From Oscillospiraceae bacterium (GTDB lineage Bacteria > Bacillota > Clostridia > Oscillospirales > Acutalibacteraceae), in the NCBI GenBank assembly GCA_031283835.1, contig JAITBA010000081.1:1-33385 (forward strand): a stretch of 33,385 nt of DNA. The letters are read 5' to 3'. The notes beneath the pieces are model-generated. The model was given only the letters and a program-made list of their open reading frames with translations. It was not told the origin of the DNA and did not search any database. Positions 29,557 through 33,385 of the stretch are shown one piece after another. A program made the translations under genes and the position numbers. The number at the start of each line of letters is the position of its first letter. Position 1 is the stretch's first letter.

Positions 29557-29976
29557 ATGGCCGATTTATTCATCGAAATCAACCGCTTTGCGCTGCCTGC
29601 GCTGGGTGTGCTGGTGGTTGTGCTGTGCACGGTGTGCCTGCTGCGCCGCGGCAAAACCAAACCACCCGAAGTTTATTTGCTCAATGCGGTGAACCACGAC
29701 AAACACCCGCTGCCTCGGTTCGAAAACTCCATCGGCCGCCGCCACAACTGCGATGTGGTGCTCAACTACCCCTCCGTTTCACGCCTGCACGCGGTCATTG
29801 CGCGCCGCCGCGAAGGCTGGGTGCTCATGGATACCGGTTCCCAGTATGGCACAAAGCTCGACGGCCTGCCCGTGAAGGATCGTGCGCCGCTTTCTCACGG
29901 CCAATGCATCACCTTTGGCGGCAGCGAGTTCATTTTTTGCGACCCCGAAGAAGAACGCCTAACCCTAAAATATTAG
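29557..29976 (+). CDS. FHA-domain protein with an N-terminal membrane anchor
   Basis: TM segment FALPALGVLVVVLCTVCLL followed by an FHA domain (IGRRHNCDVVLNYPSVSRLHAVIARRREGWVLMDTGSQYGTKLDG). The first ATG is at 29557; the track start is a TTG. Confidence 0.7.
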   Translation: MADLFIEINRFALPALGVLVVVLCTVCLLRRGKTKPPEVYLLNAVNHDKHPLPRFENSIGRRHNCDVVLNYPSVSRLHAVIARRREGWVLMDTGSQYGTKLDGLPVKDRAPLSHGQCITFGGSEFIFCDPEEERLTLKY

Positions 29977-30034
29977 CACGCTGCCGGCTTTGCGCCCCGC
30001 AGCGGCGGCAAGAATCCCGCTAGGAGAAAAATAT

Positions 30035-30826
30035 ATGAGCATTAAAGAAGCCAAGCGCATTGTGGTGAAGGTGGGCACTTCCACCCTAACACACCAAACC
30101 GGCAAAACCAATCTGCGCATTATCGGCCGTTTGGCCGCCGTGCTCAGCGATCTGCGCAACGCCGGGCGCGAGGTTGTGCTGGTTAGCTCCGGCGCAGTGG
30201 CCGTGGGGCAAAACAACCTGCGCCTGCCCGCCCGCCCAAAAGATATGCCCGGCAGGCAGGCCGCCGCCGCCGTGGGGCAGTGCGAGCTGATGTTCCTATA
30301 CGACAAAGTCTTCGGCGAATATGGCAACACGGTGGGGCAGCTGCTGCTCACCCGGGGCGACCTCGAAAACGAGCCGCGCCGCACCAACCTGCTCAACACC
30401 TTCAGCAAGCTGCTGGAACTGGGCGCAATCCCCATTGTCAACGAAAACGACAGTGTTTCGACCGAAGAATTGGAAGGCATGAACTTTGGCGACAACGATA
30501 ACCTTTCGGCCATGGTGGCGCGGCTCATCGGCGCCGATTTGCTCGTGTTTCTCACCGATACAGACGGCCTTTATACGGCCAACCCCGCCGAGGATCCCTC
30601 CGCCGCGCGCATCTCTGTGGTGCCCCGCGTCACGCCCGAAGTCCTCGCCCTGGGCGGTGGCAGCGGCAGCAGCCGCGGCACCGGCGGCATGCACACCAAG
30701 CTGGTGGCCGCGCAGCTTGCCACTGCCGCCGGCATCAATGCGGTCATTCTCCCCGGCGACCGCCCCGAAGATTTATATTTGCTCATGGATGGCCGTCAGG
30801 CGGGCACATGGTTCAAAAAACAATAG
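30035..30826 (+). CDS. proB: Glutamate 5-kinase (short form without PUA domain)
   Basis: RBS AGGAG upstream. Amino-acid kinase family motifs VVKVGTS, VLVSSGAV, TDTDGLYTANP. Confidence 0.9.
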   Translation: MSIKEAKRIVVKVGTSTLTHQTGKTNLRIIGRLAAVLSDLRNAGREVVLVSSGAVAVGQNNLRLPARPKDMPGRQAAAAVGQCELMFLYDKVFGEYGNTVGQLLLTRGDLENEPRRTNLLNTFSKLLELGAIPIVNENDSVSTEELEGMNFGDNDNLSAMVARLIGADLLVFLTDTDGLYTANPAEDPSAARISVVPRVTPEVLALGGGSGSSRGTGGMHTKLVAAQLATAAGINAVILPGDRPEDLYLLMDGRQAGTWFKKQ

Positions 30827-30871
30827 CCTGCGTTTTTTTGACGAACACGTTTGCACAAAAAGGGAGATTTT

Positions 30872-32110
30872 ATGACCATTGAATCCATGGGTCTGCGCGC
30901 AAAAAAAGCCGCACAGGTGCTGAGTCTCAGCGACGGCGGGCAGCGCAACGCGGCGCTTTTTGCTATGGCGCAGGCGCTCGAGGCCGGGCAGGCCAACATC
31001 CTCGCGGCAAACGAAGAAGACCTGGCGTGCGCACGCAAAAATAACATGACACAATCGCTGCAAGACCGGCTGCGGCTGACGCCGGAACGGGTGACGGACA
31101 TGCGGCAGGGCATATCCAACATTGGCGCGGAGGAAGATCCTCTGGGCAAAGTGCTGGGCGGCGGCACGCGCCCCAACGGGCTGCAAATGCAGCAGGTGAG
31201 TGTGCCGTTGGGCGTTGTCGGTGTCATCTTCGAATCCCGGCCCAATGTGACCGCCGACGCGGCGGCTCTGTGCCTCAAGAGCGGCAACGCGGTGATTCTG
31301 CGCGGCGGCAAAGAAGCAATTCGCACCAACACGGCCATTGCCAACGCCTTGCGCGGTGCCATCGCCGCCGTGGGCTTGCCAAAAGACTGTGTGCAGCTGG
31401 TGGAGGACACTTCGCGCGAAAGCGCGCTGGCGCTCATGCAGGCCCGCGGCCTTTTGGATGTGCTGATTCCCCGGGGCGGGGCGGGTCTAATCCGGGCGGT
31501 GGTGTCGCAGGCCAGCGTCCCCGTAATCGAAACCGGCGCGGGCGTGTGCCACGCCTACATCGACAGCGCGGCCGATCTTCTCATGGCCCTCAACATTGTC
31601 GAAAACGCCAAGTGCAGCCGCCCTTCGGTGTGCAACGCCCTCGAAACCGTGCTGGTGAACGCGGCCGTTGCCCCCGCGTTTTTGCCGCGGTTGGCGGCGC
31701 GGCTGGCAAGCTACCCGGTGGAGCTGCGGTGCGACGCGCAAGCCCTTGCGCTGTGCGGCGGCGTGCCGGCCACCAAAGAAGACTGGTCTACCGAATACGG
31801 CGAACTGATTCTCAGCATAAAAATCGTGCAAAACCTCAGCGAAGCCCTGGCGCACATTGCACGCTACAGCACCAAGCACAGCGAGTGCATTGTCACAAAC
31901 GATTACGCGGCGGCCATGCGTTTTAGCAAAGAAGTGGACGCGGCGGCGGTCTATGTCAATGCCAGCACCCGCTTCACCGACGGCGGCGAATTTGGCTTTG
32001 GAGCCGAAATCGGCATTGCCACACAAAAACTCCATGCCCGCGGCCCCCTGGGCTTGCGGCATCTCACCAGCTACAAATATTTCATCTTTGGCAGCGGGCA
32101 AATACGATAA
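30872..32110 (+). CDS. proA: Gamma-glutamyl phosphate reductase
   Basis: RBS AAAGGGAG upstream. Aldehyde dehydrogenase superfamily with ProA-specific regions (VIFESRPNVT; catalytic Cys in GAGVCHAYID..CSRPSVCNALET). Lies downstream of proB. Confidence 0.92.
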   Translation: MTIESMGLRAKKAAQVLSLSDGGQRNAALFAMAQALEAGQANILAANEEDLACARKNNMTQSLQDRLRLTPERVTDMRQGISNIGAEEDPLGKVLGGGTRPNGLQMQQVSVPLGVVGVIFESRPNVTADAAALCLKSGNAVILRGGKEAIRTNTAIANALRGAIAAVGLPKDCVQLVEDTSRESALALMQARGLLDVLIPRGGAGLIRAVVSQASVPVIETGAGVCHAYIDSAADLLMALNIVENAKCSRPSVCNALETVLVNAAVAPAFLPRLAARLASYPVELRCDAQALALCGGVPATKEDWSTEYGELILSIKIVQNLSEALAHIARYSTKHSECIVTNDYAAAMRFSKEVDAAAVYVNASTRFTDGGEFGFGAEIGIATQKLHARGPLGLRHLTSYKYFIFGSGQIR

Positions 32111-32147
32111 AAATTTGCAACACGCGCAAAAATCAGGAGGTAACGAC

Positions 32148-32855
32148 ATGGAATTGCACAGAAGAGCCCATAAATGGGCATTCCCGCTGGGGATGCTGCT
32201 GGTGGTGCTGGCGGTGGTGGGGGCGGTCTCGCTCGTGCGCACCGCGGCCAACGGCGTGCGGCAGCAACTAAACAACCCAGAGGAGCGGGTATTCTTTGAA
32301 ACCTTTTTGGCAAAAATCATCGTGCACGACCCCGACCCCTTCGACAGCCCCGACAGCGCGGATGACTTTTCGCAGCTGTTCGACATTTGCCTGTGGTCCC
32401 TGACCCAGGACGGCAACAACACCCCGCAAAAGTTTCGGCAAGACAAAAACGACAACCTAAACCTGCAAATCGACAAAAAAACCGTGGACGCGGAATATAT
32501 GAAGCTGTTCAACGTTTCGCCGCCAGATTATTTCACCGTGGAAGGCAACGAATTCGACTTTGTGTGGGACGCGGAACACGAGTACTACCTGGTGCCCGTC
32601 ACCGGCACGCTGCCCATCTATACCCCGCGTGTGACCGACATTAAAAAAACCGCCAGCCAAGTGCGGCTGACGGTGGATTATATTGCCACCAACGATTTTG
32701 AAGTGGACGCGGAATGGAACATTACACCTGCCAAGCCCGCAAAAACCATGATCATCACGCTCTACCAGCGGCAGGACGAAACCTACTATGTCGGCGCCAT
32801 CCAGCAGCAGGCCGGCATCGACACGGTCAACAACGCCCCAAAAATAAGCAAATAA
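32148..32855 (+). CDS. Hypothetical membrane-anchored protein (N-terminal signal-anchor, extracytoplasmic domain)
   Basis: RBS AGGAGG 8 nt upstream. TM segment WAFPLGMLLVVLAVVGAVSLV. No recognisable domain. The track ORF (31857-32855) overlaps proA in another frame; the ATG at 32148 with its RBS is the plausible start. Confidence 0.5.
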   Translation: MELHRRAHKWAFPLGMLLVVLAVVGAVSLVRTAANGVRQQLNNPEERVFFETFLAKIIVHDPDPFDSPDSADDFSQLFDICLWSLTQDGNNTPQKFRQDKNDNLNLQIDKKTVDAEYMKLFNVSPPDYFTVEGNEFDFVWDAEHEYYLVPVTGTLPIYTPRVTDIKKTASQVRLTVDYIATNDFEVDAEWNITPAKPAKTMIITLYQRQDETYYVGAIQQQAGIDTVNNAPKISK

Positions 32856-32877
32856 TTCCACAAAAAGGAGAGCCAGC

Positions 32878-33385
32878 GTGATCATCGACGCCCATGTACA
32901 TCTTTATCCGGATAAAATCGCGGCAAAGGCGGCGCAAAACATTGGGGCGTTTTATGATTTGCCCATGGCCTACGACGGGAGTCTGGCGCAGCTCAAGGCC
33001 GCCTGCCAACGCGCGGGCGTTGCCGCGTGCGTGCTATGCTCGGTGGCCACCGCACCCGCACAGGCCCACAGTATCAATGTGTTTTTGGCCGATGCAAAAA
33101 CACGCCTGGGCTGGGCCGCCCTTTGCGCGTTGCACCCGGCCATGGCGCCGCAAGAAGTGACCGCGGCGCTTGATTTTGCGCAGGCACAAGGCATGGTTGG
33201 GGCAAAACTGCACCCCGATTTTCAGCGCTTTTGTGCCGACGACCCGGCTGTGTTCCCGCTCTACGGCGCCCTTGCCGCGCGCGGCATGCCCTTGTTGCTG
33301 CATGCGGGCGACGCCCGGTTTCGGTTTTCGAACCCCCAAAAAATTGCGCGCCTGCTGCAGGCGTTTCCAACACTCACCGTGGTTG
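32878..33385 (+). CDS. Amidohydrolase-2 / TIM-barrel metal-dependent hydrolase (partial, 3' end outside the window)
   Basis: GTG start with RBS AAAGGAG 8 nt upstream. The N-terminal metal-binding signature is IIDAHVHLYP. The frame is open to the window end (169 codons). Not present in the supplied ORF track because it is unterminated. Confidence 0.55.
   Translation, partial: MIIDAHVHLYPDKIAAKAAQNIGAFYDLPMAYDGSLAQLKAACQRAGVAACVLCSVATAPAQAHSINVFLADAKTRLGWAALCALHPAMAPQEVTAALDFAQAQGMVGAKLHPDFQRFCADDPAVFPLYGALAARGMPLLLHAGDARFRFSNPQKIARLLQAFPTLTVV

Overview
This is a high-GC chromosomal window from a spore-forming Firmicute (Clostridia-like): a spoIIE-type gene is present and Shine-Dalgarno sites are of the GGAGG type. 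Most of it is a housekeeping backbone on both strands. On the plus strand this runs: a 4Fe-4S ferredoxin-like C-terminal fragment, a sensor histidine kinase coupled to a putative GT-D/DUF1792 glycosyltransferase, asnS, a GH2 LacZ-type beta-galactosidase, a small secreted protein, phoH-ybeY, spoIIE, then folB-folK, an FHA membrane protein, proB-proA, a membrane-anchored hypothetical and a partial amidohydrolase. On the minus strand it carries an abrB-like regulator, a translationally coupled pair of small unknown genes, clpE, pgsA and cvpA. Embedded at about 18.05-28.5 kb is a clearly AT-richer, presumably horizontally acquired island. The island begins with a small serine recombinase gene, followed directly by a 128-bp segment bracketed by perfect 27-bp inverted repeats. 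That segment carries a near-consensus sigma-A promoter, so it has the architecture of an invertible, phase-variable promoter switch. In its present orientation the promoter points into a roughly 9.4-kb operon. The operon encodes an SPFH/band-7 protein with three C-terminal zinc ribbons, a Zn-ribbon protein, two paralogous unknown proteins, a YidD-like membrane protein with an N-terminal transmembrane extension, an EssC-like FHA plus 3xFtsK/SpoIIIE ATPase (1556 aa), a YukD/EsaB-like ubiquitin-fold protein and a WXG100 (EsxA-like) protein. This reads as an atypical, minimal type VII(b)-like secretion module under inversion control that lacks recognisable EssA, EssB and EsaA. A 164-bp MITE-like element is present in two 98%-identical direct copies, each with 18-bp perfect terminal inverted repeats and a flanking TA. 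One copy abuts the spoIIE stop and the other the WXG100 stop, and in both cases the TAG stop codon is formed by the flanking TA plus the first base of the element. Several near-consensus -35/-10 promoters and rho-independent terminators are visible. No rRNA, tRNA or CRISPR array was found.
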